NCBI GenBank assembly: GCA_965228745.1
Contig: CBDDID010000003.1
Coordinates: 20,152-84,151 of the forward strand
Source of the DNA: Leptonemataceae bacterium
GTDB lineage: Bacteria > Spirochaetota > Leptospiria > Leptospirales > Leptonemataceae
Length of the DNA stretch: 64,000 nt
Direction: 5' to 3'
The position numbers and the translations under genes are program-made. This document shows, in pieces, positions 20,464 through 29,321 of this stretch. Below the pieces are notes generated by a model. The model had not been told where the DNA came from. It did no database searches and was given only the letters and a program-made list of their open reading frames with translations. Within the stretch, counting starts at the first letter, position 1. Each line of letters opens with the position of its first letter.

Positions 20464-21879
20464 TCAACCCCCGGACTTTTCCGGAACAGCTGCAGCAAAC
20501 CCCCCTTCTTCCGGGCTTTTGTAGGCTCGGTTCAAGATTTGCACTGGATGTAGAGGCCGTTCATTGAGCTCCATACCCTGCTCCAGCTGAATGGCAGCCA
20601 GAGGACAGTCTGTTGTTACTACGTTGGCTTCCTTTTCTTTGAGTTCATCGAACGCTTTCTTTCCCTGCTTCATGCTGAGTTCAAAGTATTCTTTTCGCAT
20701 AGCCCAGGTGCCATCGTGGCTGCAACATTCAGAAACCAGCCCGATCTTATTTTCCGGAATGAGTTTCATCAGATCCCGGCTTCTGAACCCAATATGCTGA
20801 GCCCGCAGATGGCAGGGAACATGATAGGCCACTGATTCCGGTGAGCTCTTGAAGTTCCGGTCGAATTTGTCTTCTTGCTTGAGTTCAAAAAGAAATTCAT
20901 GAAGATCCCGGGTCTGCTTCGCGATCAGCTTTGCCTTTTCTCTCTCTTCTCCTTCCAGAAAGTTTACATACTCTTCCTTTAGAGTGAGAGAACAGGTGGG
21001 ATTAATAGCCAGAATTCTATAGCCCTGTTCCGCATAAGGATGCAGAGATTTTAGATTGGCTCGCATCTTTTTGCGCACCCACTTTAGATCCCCGCTTTCC
21101 AGACCCGGCATGCCGCAACAGTTCTGGGAAGGACACTGGATTTCACACTTATGCCGCTCCAGAACCTCCACTGCCTCTTTGCCTACCTGTGGATTGTTGT
21201 AGTTTACGAAACAGGTGGAGAATAGAACAACTTTGTTGGCCGGATCCACTTCCAGAGACCGACCCTCTTTTTCCATCTTCTTCTTTCGCAGATGGAACCA
21301 CCGATGAAAACTTGTTCTATGGAATTCCGGCAGCTTCTTTTCTTTGTGGATTCCAACAATGGTCTGGGCAATGGCCCTATGAAAGTTACTGGCCAGGGCT
21401 TTGTTGGCCAATCGTGAAATAAGGCCGGTATTTACTTTTCCAAGCAAATCCGCATTTTGCAGCATTTTTCGCCGCATGGGCACGCCCTGCTTCTTGGCCC
21501 GTACAATCACAGCCCTCTGCATCAGCGCAGGATAATTTAAATTAAATGCATGATCATCTTTGTCGGTGTAAGGACAGGCTACGTAGCAGACTTTACAGTG
21601 GTAACACTCATCGATCACCTGGTTCTGATCCTTCTCTTTGATCTGTTTTACATCACCGTCTGCGTAGCCGTCCAGGATGCTGAAAAGAGTGGGAAAGCTG
21701 GGACAGTACTTGAAGCACATCCGGCAGCCATTACATATATCAAAAGAACGTTCTAACTCAGCCTGCAAGGACTGGGGATCCCAGTATTTTACATCCATGG
21801 GATCGTAGATGGCATTGCTTGTATCTGTTTGTTGTAACACTGGCTCCTCTCCGCTGAAAATCTGAAATTGCGAATGCAA
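20464..21879 (-). CDS. (Fe-S)-binding protein with CCG domains (heterodisulfide-reductase D / GlpC-like)
   Basis: Two 4Fe-4S motifs (CNGCRMCFKYCP, CYHCKVCYVACP) and two CCG motifs (NCCGMPG, ECCSHDG). Confidence 0.8.
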   Translation of the reverse strand: MHSQFQIFSGEEPVLQQTDTSNAIYDPMDVKYWDPQSLQAELERSFDICNGCRMCFKYCPSFPTLFSILDGYADGDVKQIKEKDQNQVIDECYHCKVCYVACPYTDKDDHAFNLNYPALMQRAVIVRAKKQGVPMRRKMLQNADLLGKVNTGLISRLANKALASNFHRAIAQTIVGIHKEKKLPEFHRTSFHRWFHLRKKKMEKEGRSLEVDPANKVVLFSTCFVNYNNPQVGKEAVEVLERHKCEIQCPSQNCCGMPGLESGDLKWVRKKMRANLKSLHPYAEQGYRILAINPTCSLTLKEEYVNFLEGEEREKAKLIAKQTRDLHEFLFELKQEDKFDRNFKSSPESVAYHVPCHLRAQHIGFRSRDLMKLIPENKIGLVSECCSHDGTWAMRKEYFELSMKQGKKAFDELKEKEANVVTTDCPLAAIQLEQGMELNERPLHPVQILNRAYKSPEEGGFAAAVPEKSGG

Positions 21880-21917
21880 AAACAGGCGAGCCGGCCCTCA
21901 GGCCGGCCCTACCACAA

Positions 21918-22337
21918 TTAGCTGATAGATTTCAGTCCTTGCTCAAATCGACCAGCATGAGATTTCTCAGCTTTGGCCAGAGTTTCGAACCAATCAGCAA
22001 TCTCATCGAAGCCTTCATCTCGAGCTGTCTTGGCCATCCCAGGATACATATCAGTGTACTCATGGGTTTCGCCAGCTACAGCAGCTTTTAGATTGGCTTC
22101 GGTATCGCCGATGGGAAGATCTGTGGCAGGGTCACCGATTTTCTTCATATATTCCAGGTGACCGTGAGCATGTCCGGTTTCTCCTTCCGCAGTATCACGG
22201 AAGAGACCAGCAATGTCAGGAAAACCTTCTACGTCTGCCTGCTTTGCGAAAAACAGATAACGTCGGTTCGCCATAGACTCACCGGCGAAGGCATCTTTCA
22301 AATTCTGATGGGTTTTGCTTCCCTTTAGTTCTGCCAT
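21918..22337 (-). CDS. rbr: rubrerythrin-family diiron protein (no rubredoxin domain)
   Basis: [24 protein letters not shown] and ExxH-type ligands ([15 protein letters not shown]). 139 aa. Confidence 0.88.
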   Translation of the reverse strand: MAELKGSKTHQNLKDAFAGESMANRRYLFFAKQADVEGFPDIAGLFRDTAEGETGHAHGHLEYMKKIGDPATDLPIGDTEANLKAAVAGETHEYTDMYPGMAKTARDEGFDEIADWFETLAKAEKSHAGRFEQGLKSIS

Positions 22338-22782
22338 ATCAATCTCCTATCATCCTGAAAGCGAAACATCGAACGTCTCGCTGGATTGAATCATTCTGGA
22401 TTTAGAACTAATCTAACAGGACTGTAGTTTCCATCAAAATTTGTTCGGAGTGAACGATGCGGAACAAAACTGCGACGCAGTCTCAAATAGCGAGCACCGT
22501 CATTTGCGGCCCCGTGAAGCAAGGACCCCGGCCAGGGGCACGAAATAGAGACAACCAGGCCTGGCGGCTGAAGAACACCGGAAAGAAACCGTGGAGACTC
22601 TGGTTCCGGAATGAAGAAATCCAGGGAAACCCCGGCTTTGCCCACAATGCTGCTACCGCGTTCTGAAACCAGGAGTAGCGAGTATTCCCTCCCCCTATCT
22701 ATAGAAGAAAGCCGATTGTATCCCATCCAGTCAAGATGAGAGCGATTCCCGCACAGACAAGGCAAGAGGCGATAACAGGGGC

Positions 22783-24582
22783 TCAGGATTGCTTCTTCTC
22801 CACCCTTTCCTGAATCCGCTTCTCCCGGATCTCTTCCTGCAGCATAGAAAGAAACTCCGCCTGGTCATAGTCCTTCTGCTCTCCGGTAAAATAGTTCCTG
22901 GCATTGATATGGCCTGAACTCTGCTCCTTCTCACCCACCACCAGCATATAGGGAACTTTCATCTTCTCTGCATTGCGGATCCGTTTGCCCAGACTCTCTC
23001 CGATATCCAGTGTAACTCGAATATCCTGCTCTTTGAAAAAGGACTCCAGTTTCTTCCCGTATTCCAGGAAACCGTCGCTCACGGGGAGAATTCTCACTTG
23101 CTCGGGAGCCATCCAGAGCGGGAAGGCCCCGGCAAAATGCTCGATCAAGAAACCAATAAAGCGCTCATGAGTGCCCAGCGGACTTCGATGAATGCACACA
23201 GGCCTTTGATAAGATCCGTCCGCTGCCACATAGTTTAAATCAAACTTCTCCGGCATGAAAAGATCCAGCTGACAGGTACTGGCCGTAAACTCTCGTCCAA
23301 TGGATGACTTGATCTGAAAGTCCATCTTCGGGCCGTAGAAGGCAGCCCCGTCCTCTTCTACTATAAAGTCCACTCCGGATTCTTCCATGGCCTGCCGGGT
23401 CAGGGATTCCGCCCTTTTCCACATTGCCTCATCACCATGATACTTATCATTCTCTGGATGACGCAGAGAAAGCACCATATGATACTCATTAATGCCCAAT
23501 ATTTTGTAATAATATTCATGAAGTTTAATCACTTTCTTAAACTCTTCAACTGCCTGATCCTCGGCGCAATATATATGAGCATCGTTCATCCACATAGCCC
23601 GGACACGCATGGTCCCAAACAGGGATCCAGAATCCTCATATCTGTGGCACACTCCATATTCAGTAAGCTTCAGAGGCAGCTCCCGATAGCTCCGGGGCCG
23701 ATCATCAAAGATTGTGTGGTGAAATGGGCAGTTCATCGGTTTGATATAATACCTGGTGTTATCCATCTCCATGGGTGGAAACATATGGTCGCTATAGTGA
23801 GGCAAATGCTCGGAGGTATAAAAAAGCTCCTCTTTGGTAATAACAGGAGTTGTCACCCGGGAATAGCCCTCTTTTCTTTCGGTTACTTTTGCCCATTCTT
23901 CTAGCTGATCTTTAATCACATTGCCCCGAGGAAGCCACAGGATTAGCCCGGGGCCGATCTTCTCGCTGGTGGTAAACAGCTCCAGCTCCTGGCCCAATTT
24001 GCGATGATCCCGCTTCCTGGCCTCCTCCATCATCCATTCGTATTGCTTCAGCTCTTCGTCGGTCTTAAACAGAAGACCGCTCACTCGCTGCAACTGAGGC
24101 CCGGAGGCGTCCCCCTTCCAGTATGCACCGCTCACCGAAACTAGCTTAAAAGCACCCAGTTCTGATGTTTTTTCTACGTGCGGCCCATTGCACATATCTA
24201 TGAATTCTGTTTGCCCATTTTTCAGCACGTTCTTGTAGAAAGACAGCTCCGACTCACCGCCTTCTTTGAGAGCCCGTGCCATCTCCACCTTGAACTGCTG
24301 CTGATTTTGCTTCAAATAGGCAATCCCCTCATCTATGGGCAGGTGGTACCTCTCGAAAACCTGGCCCTGCCTGGCAATTTTCTTCATCCGCTTCTCAAGA
24401 TCCTTGAGATCCTCTTGCTGCACTGGAGGGTCGGTCAGAACATCATAGAAAAAGCCGTGCTCCGTGTCCGGGCCGATGGCCAGACTGGCCCCCGGAAATT
24501 TCTCTGTGATCGCCTGGGCCAGCACATGCGCTGCGCTATGGCGCCTGGTAGAAACCGGAAAATCTGTGATTTGTTTGCCCAT
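22783..24582 (-). CDS. thrS: threonine--tRNA ligase lacking the N-terminal TGS domain
   Basis: Starts directly at the editing-domain motif RRHSAAHVLAQAI. Class II motifs and an anticodon-binding C-terminus are present. 599 aa. Confidence 0.95.
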   Translation of the reverse strand: MGKQITDFPVSTRRHSAAHVLAQAITEKFPGASLAIGPDTEHGFFYDVLTDPPVQQEDLKDLEKRMKKIARQGQVFERYHLPIDEGIAYLKQNQQQFKVEMARALKEGGESELSFYKNVLKNGQTEFIDMCNGPHVEKTSELGAFKLVSVSGAYWKGDASGPQLQRVSGLLFKTDEELKQYEWMMEEARKRDHRKLGQELELFTTSEKIGPGLILWLPRGNVIKDQLEEWAKVTERKEGYSRVTTPVITKEELFYTSEHLPHYSDHMFPPMEMDNTRYYIKPMNCPFHHTIFDDRPRSYRELPLKLTEYGVCHRYEDSGSLFGTMRVRAMWMNDAHIYCAEDQAVEEFKKVIKLHEYYYKILGINEYHMVLSLRHPENDKYHGDEAMWKRAESLTRQAMEESGVDFIVEEDGAAFYGPKMDFQIKSSIGREFTASTCQLDLFMPEKFDLNYVAADGSYQRPVCIHRSPLGTHERFIGFLIEHFAGAFPLWMAPEQVRILPVSDGFLEYGKKLESFFKEQDIRVTLDIGESLGKRIRNAEKMKVPYMLVVGEKEQSSGHINARNYFTGEQKDYDQAEFLSMLQEEIREKRIQERVEKKQS

Positions 24583-24650
24583 ATTGCTTCAATGAATGAG
24601 CGGCGCAGCATGCCGGCAACCGAAATCGAACAGAAAGGCCCTGAGAGCAC

Positions 24651-24866
24651 TCAAATCTGGAATTTGTTTTTTACGGTGCAACTAGGACAGATGCAGACCA
24701 CCTCGCCCTTTACACGGCGCCCTTTATCGGACTCTATTTTGCCTGTAGCGATGAATTCAAAAGGTACACCTTCCGCAACATAGTGGCCGGAGCCATACTT
24801 GGCGGTTCCACGGATTTCGTTCCCGCAAGCATGACATTTCACCTTTACCCGGATGGATTCAGCCAT
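24651..24866 (-). CDS. small zinc-ribbon protein
   Basis: CHAC...CPSC pairs (KCHACGNE / CICPSCTV). Lies 68 nt upstream of thrS on the same strand. Start is ATG 24866 or 24905. No clear RBS. Confidence 0.45.
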   Translation of the reverse strand: MAESIRVKVKCHACGNEIRGTAKYGSGHYVAEGVPFEFIATGKIESDKGRRVKGEVVCICPSCTVKNKFQI

Positions 24867-24905
24867 ATACCCAATAAACAAGCACTCACAGCATCCACAA
24901 GTCAT

Positions 24906-27265
24906 TTCGAGGGGAGCCCGCCACCTGGATGAAATGCAATTCCAGGCAATTACTGCCTGTTTTTCCGCACCTTAACCACCATAAACCCGGCTGAGCTTGT
25001 CGCGCACTCTAGATGCTCCATTTCTGCTTGCTTTTGGGCACCCCTCGCCCTGCCCAGTATGCCTCCCCTGGCCCCGGCCCTCTCAAGCTGCCCCCAGCCC
25101 CTCTAGTGACACGACTCTGCTTATTTTTCGTCATTTCCAGGCATGCCGCCTCAAAAATCTAACCACTCCCGGGAAATAAGGGTATTATCCTTGCCCCACC
25201 AGAGCATCCCGAAGCAAATTCCCGGCCTATTTGGCCCAGCAGCAGCTCTGATGATCTCTGCCATCCAGCAGCCCCTCCTCGTTCGGATCCCATCCGATTC
25301 GCCTCCGATCCCTTACGGAAGCACCGCCCTTCCTCCAAATCTTCCACCTTGCAGGCATGGACTGCTCGACGCTGTATCTGCCCACTTTTCCTCATTTCTA
25401 TCCGCTCCGCACTCAACTATTCATAGCTTTCTAGCGCACTTCCTCCTGACACCGCCCCTTACGGACCCATCCTCCGGACCTACAAAACCAGCGAACCCCC
25501 CGCAGGCACCATAACCGCCTAACACTGGAGCGCCAATGGCCGAGCCAGGAAGCCGCCCAATCCCGCGGGTCCTTCACTGGCCCCCAACCAACCCAATCCA
25601 GCGGGCGCCAAAATTTCATGGACTGGCTGTCCGACATGCACATGTCATTCTGACACCCTCTCCCCTCATGTTTCACCGGTGCCGCCTTCCTTTTCTGGCC
25701 TCTCCCCCGTGCAAGCAGGACAGGCCATCGATATCCACGGGGCTCCCCTCTCCATTTTGTGCCGATTTCCGGTGGTGAGTCGTGGCGGAACTAGCGTGGC
25801 TCCCGATGCGCCAGAAACCGAACAGTTATACCGCAGTTCAAGGGGCAGGAGCGTTGATTTGGCAGTTAAACGGTAGAATACTGTCATTTAAGGCGCTATC
25901 AGAGGAATGGCCCGGCATGCTTGGACCACCCCAGGTAAGCTCCAACGATGCCGGGGATGCCTGACGGATTGCAGGCCCCACTGATAGACCACTGGCACTT
26001 AGCGCGATCCATCAGGAGAACAATTAGGCTGCCGCCGGCCTAACTGTTCCTTTGCTGCCAGTGCTACCACAAATGATCCAGAGCCATCCTTGTGAAATAG
26101 AACTGTTCCAAAAGGGGCCGTTGCGCATTATCTGTTTAGATTTGGGCAGCTGGTTGAGTAAGTGCCTCAATATGGGCGGCCCTGGAAAATACTGCTCATT
26201 TCCGAGCCAGTGACTTCTTTGGCGTGGCATCCGAAGGCCCCTACTGTGCCAGGCTGGAGGCTTTTTCGGGAATGACCATGACCCGATGGGACTTCGGAAT
26301 GGAGGCGGAGATTGGGCCATGGGGATCCGGGAAGTTGGGAGCCCTGGCATGGTGTGGTCTCATTTTAGAAGACTCTACTTCCCTGGATCGGGGCCTTAAC
26401 GACGACGATGATTACGACTCAAATCTACCGGGAGCCACATTCTCTTGTTGGAGTTGATGCTTAAGCTGGCAGCGCAAGCCTCGCCTAATTGATACTGAAC
26501 AAGGATCCCCTGGACAGGCGAAGGCAAGCCAGTGTACAGTTGCTCATAATTCTATTTTTTGACCCGCTGCGACCAGAGCCAGAGCAGAAGAGAACGGAGC
26601 AGCGGCATTGACATCGACCGGGAATGACACACACAAAGGTGGCCAGAGAGGCAAGATGTATAGTTGCCAGTGGCACTGGCTGAGACGAATAGGCCTGCGC
26701 AGTTTTGATATCGGCTGCAGGCATTGCGTAATTCCAGGCAGCGACTCGAAAAGTGCTGAGTTTTAGTCTCCACTAGCTGGCCTCCGAGAAAGCAAACCCT
26801 GAAGCTCCGGGGCCTGCGGCTGGAAGCGTGTGCTGGCCCCCCCTCGCCAGGGAGCCGGCCAGAGAATCAACCGGGAGACTTTCCCGACTTTTTCATCCAG
26901 AAATCGCCAGGTAAAGGCTGGTCGGAAAGGAGCGCCAGGCGACCTCTTCCGGGCCTAGATTCCTGGAACCTATAGCTTCTAGAATGGGAAACCTGCTTGG
27001 TTGCAGGCCGATGGGCAAAGCCGGTTTGCTGTAGCCTGACTGCTTTTTCAGGGGGGGGGGGGGGGGGGGGGGGGTTGCCTGATCCAGAGCCCTTCGGATG
27101 ACCGATGACAGAGGGAGTGCTACAAGAATATCAGGAGAAAGACTAATCCGGGAATCGCTCCTGGACGGCGGACGCACATGGAACTCAGGAAAAACTATAC
27201 AAGGGCCGACATGGAAGGCGAACAAACAGAAAGCCTCCCTTCAGAAGTTCCCCTTCCTGGACCAG
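24906..27265. other. 2.36-kb region without a credible ORF; the left third is strongly C-over-G skewed on the + strand
   Basis: The longest ORF in the track here is 123 aa, and all have implausible composition. Hand counts: 25021-25140 has C=50 and G=22; 25261-25380 has C=50 and G=22. Confidence 0.6.
27051..27074. repeat. G24 homopolymer (C24 on the minus strand)
   Basis: Counted directly: 24 consecutive G between ...tgctttttca and ttgcct... Confidence 0.95.
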
Positions 27266-27667
27266 TTAGCTTGATGCAGATTTCTTTTTCCGGGCAGTCT
27301 TTGAGGCTGCGCTCCCCTTTTTCTTGGGCGCAGTGGCCGAAGCCCTCTTCTTGGATGACTTCTTGCGTACCGACTTTTCTTGCTTTCGGCTCTCCGTTTC
27401 CTGACGCTGCTTCTCTCTGTTCCGCTCTTCCCTCTTTACCATGTAAAGATAGTGCTTCACATACTGAGTGTACGGCTCGGAAACCATGGATGGATCGAAG
27501 TCCGCCGGATCCTCCAGAAGACTTTTTACTGAGGAAGGGGGAAGATCCTCTTTTTCTGAGTTGATCAGAATCTCCAGCCGACGGCAGATCTCCTGATCGT
27601 TCACTTCTCGGGTGAGTTTTTTCATGGCTGACAATAGTCGAGCCACGCCGGGATTGCTCCTCGACAT
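27266..27667 (-). CDS. small protein with a lysine-rich, histone-H1-like C-terminal tail
   Basis: 133 aa. Structured N-terminal half, then ...RKKSSKKRASATAPKKKGSAASKTARKKKSASS. GAGAGG lies ~11 nt upstream of the ATG. A competing overlapping frame (27195-28295) also exists. Confidence 0.5.
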   Translation of the reverse strand: MSRSNPGVARLLSAMKKLTREVNDQEICRRLEILINSEKEDLPPSSVKSLLEDPADFDPSMVSEPYTQYVKHYLYMVKREERNREKQRQETESRKQEKSVRKKSSKKRASATAPKKKGSAASKTARKKKSASS

Positions 27668-28346
27668 AACGGCAAAGCCTCTCTATCTGGGGTTTAAAGG
27701 CCAGAGTTCCAGCCCAGGGTAGCCGGGCAACCGTGTTTCTATTTAGAGTATTGCATGTTCCATCGTGGCCAACACGGACCATGGGCGGCGCATTTCCAGG
27801 AGCGGTGGCGGAAATCAGACGCCAGATCATACCCGAATGCCTGGAGGAAAGCCCCTGCACCGCTGCTACATTCCAGAATCCCGTGGTGGCAGAATTCGAT
27901 TCAGCAGGGCTACCACCAATGTCAGGCTCCAAACTCCAGCTGGCAAAAACAGGAGCTGCACCCCTCTGCTGAGCAGGAAGGATGCTGGTGCTGATGCCCG
28001 AAGCAGCGGAGTAGCTGGAAGCGCCGGACTCCTGGCCCCTGCTCCTTTCCATTCCTCTGGTGGAACCGGGATTGGTCCCTGCTACGGGGCGCTGCCCTGC
28101 TTGGGAATCTTTTGTTAAGCCCCCCGGGTTTGTAGCAATGGAGCGGATTTGCCCCTGCCCCGCCTCCCCGGCTTTTTCTACAAGAGCAGTATTCGAGCGG
28201 GCATCCCGGGGTGAATCCGGGCGCAACTGGACTGGCTGCCCGGCCGGTGGGCCGGAAAGGGTGCCAGCTGACAAAATGACAGTTGCCCAGAACATCTTAT
28301 GCTTATTCCATGGTCAATCCGCCGGTTTAGCAATCAATTTTTTGCT

Positions 28347-29321
28347 TCATTTTGGCGGTTTTTTGTCCGATGGCTCTCCTCCAGAAAGCTCATTCAGTCG
28401 GTATTCCCACTCCCAGTACCGGATTTGCTGTTCTCGGTCTTTACTCAAGGAGCGCATATTTCGCACTACAGGCAGAAGCTCACCGGCAAGGGCCTCCCCA
28501 ACCCCCTGCTCGAGAGAGCGATCAAACTCATCGGGATCTTGCAAGGCCACAGAAAGAAGGCGATAGAAGTCGTCCAGGCGCCTGAGCTCCTCCTTTACCT
28601 GCTCCAGTTCGGGATTTTCGCGTTCATTCTGGATCATGATACCGAGGAATGTGCGAATAAAGTCCACCTCCTCGGCTTTCAGATGGAATCGCACCGGTAG
28701 GTCCGTCATTCGCTCCAGTGCAAGGTTACGAAGATGAAGGCGTGCCTGAAAAACTGGATTGGACACATGCTCGCTTGCGCCTCCCTGATTCACAAGGTCC
28801 GTGGCACGCACCTTTTCTTCAGCCGCTGTAGCACCTGGCCCTTCCTGGCCCTCCTCCTTCAGGAGGAAAGTCTTGAACTCGGGCCTGTGCACCTTCAAGC
28901 TCATTAGATCGATCCTGGCCACATCGGGCTCCAGGACAACGTATCGCCAGGGCGCCCCGCGATACCTGGTGCCCGCATCCAGCAACTGCCTGGCCGAAGG
29001 GAAATAGGCGACCATTATTGGATACTGATCACTGGCTGAGCCGCAGGGCAAAAGAATGTGTCGCCCCCTGCTCTCCCCCAGGCGATAGGGAATCACCAGG
29101 CGACGGGACCGATTGGGCACCAGAATGAAATCATCCGCGTCCAGGACTGGCTCGAATGATTTGCCAATAAAGATAATACCGGGCACCTGCTGATCAGAAG
29201 ACCCTGCCCCGCCCTGAGGAAACTCTAATCGGCCTTCCCGGGAAACATTGCAGACCCCTCGATCTGGTAGAATACGAATCGAGAACCCGGCCTGGGTAAC
29301 CATTTCTTTATGATCTGTCAC
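28347..29321 (-). CDS. hypothetical protein, coupled to the upstream pseudo-EBP gene
   Basis: 324 aa. GTG start overlaps the upstream stop (GTGA at 29318-29321). Beta-rich N-terminal half and helical acidic C-terminal half. No family recognised. Confidence 0.55.
   Translation of the reverse strand: MTDHKEMVTQAGFSIRILPDRGVCNVSREGRLEFPQGGAGSSDQQVPGIIFIGKSFEPVLDADDFILVPNRSRRLVIPYRLGESRGRHILLPCGSASDQYPIMVAYFPSARQLLDAGTRYRGAPWRYVVLEPDVARIDLMSLKVHRPEFKTFLLKEEGQEGPGATAAEEKVRATDLVNQGGASEHVSNPVFQARLHLRNLALERMTDLPVRFHLKAEEVDFIRTFLGIMIQNERENPELEQVKEELRRLDDFYRLLSVALQDPDEFDRSLEQGVGEALAGELLPVVRNMRSLSKDREQQIRYWEWEYRLNELSGGEPSDKKPPK

Noticed and set aside
22391-22765. 124-aa minus-strand ORF between thrS and rubrerythrin, and a possible PerR/Fur-type box near 22402-22416
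   Set aside because: The ORF has implausible composition and no RBS. The inverted repeat (TTAG-AA-CTAA) has only 4-bp arms, too weak to call an operator.
24943-24964. + strand terminator-like hairpin CAGGCA-ATTAC-TGCCTG plus TTTTT, upstream of the zinc-ribbon/thrS genes
   Set aside because: The stem is only 6 bp, and there is no + strand gene or predicted promoter feeding into it. It could terminate antisense transcription, but the evidence is too thin for a feature call.
25632-25640. Isolated half-sites GTCCGACA (for example at 25632 and inside the PP2C gene near 38.8 kb) as extra parS-like sites
   Set aside because: 7-8-mers recur by chance several times in 64 kb, and neither copy forms the palindrome.
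24997-27225. Short ORFs in the desert, for example 25143-25514 (123 aa, Pro/Ser-rich), 26024-26350 (108 aa), and 26893-27225 (110 aa, with a poly-Pro run from the C24 tract)
   Set aside because: They are all short, mutually overlapping in different frames, and compositionally driven by the C-skew or the homopolymer. No starts with an RBS and no recognisable motifs.
27195-28295. 366-aa minus-strand ORF with a signal-like start (MFWATVILSAGTLSG)
   Set aside because: The sequence is low-complexity Ser/Gly/Ala/Pro/Arg/Trp. There is no RBS. The C-terminal 134 codons overlap the more protein-like 133-aa lysine-tail ORF in another frame. Third-position GC, hand-counted over 60 nt, did not discriminate the frames (14/20 each). 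Left uncalled; the N-terminal 200 codons (27668-28295) could still be a real secreted protein.
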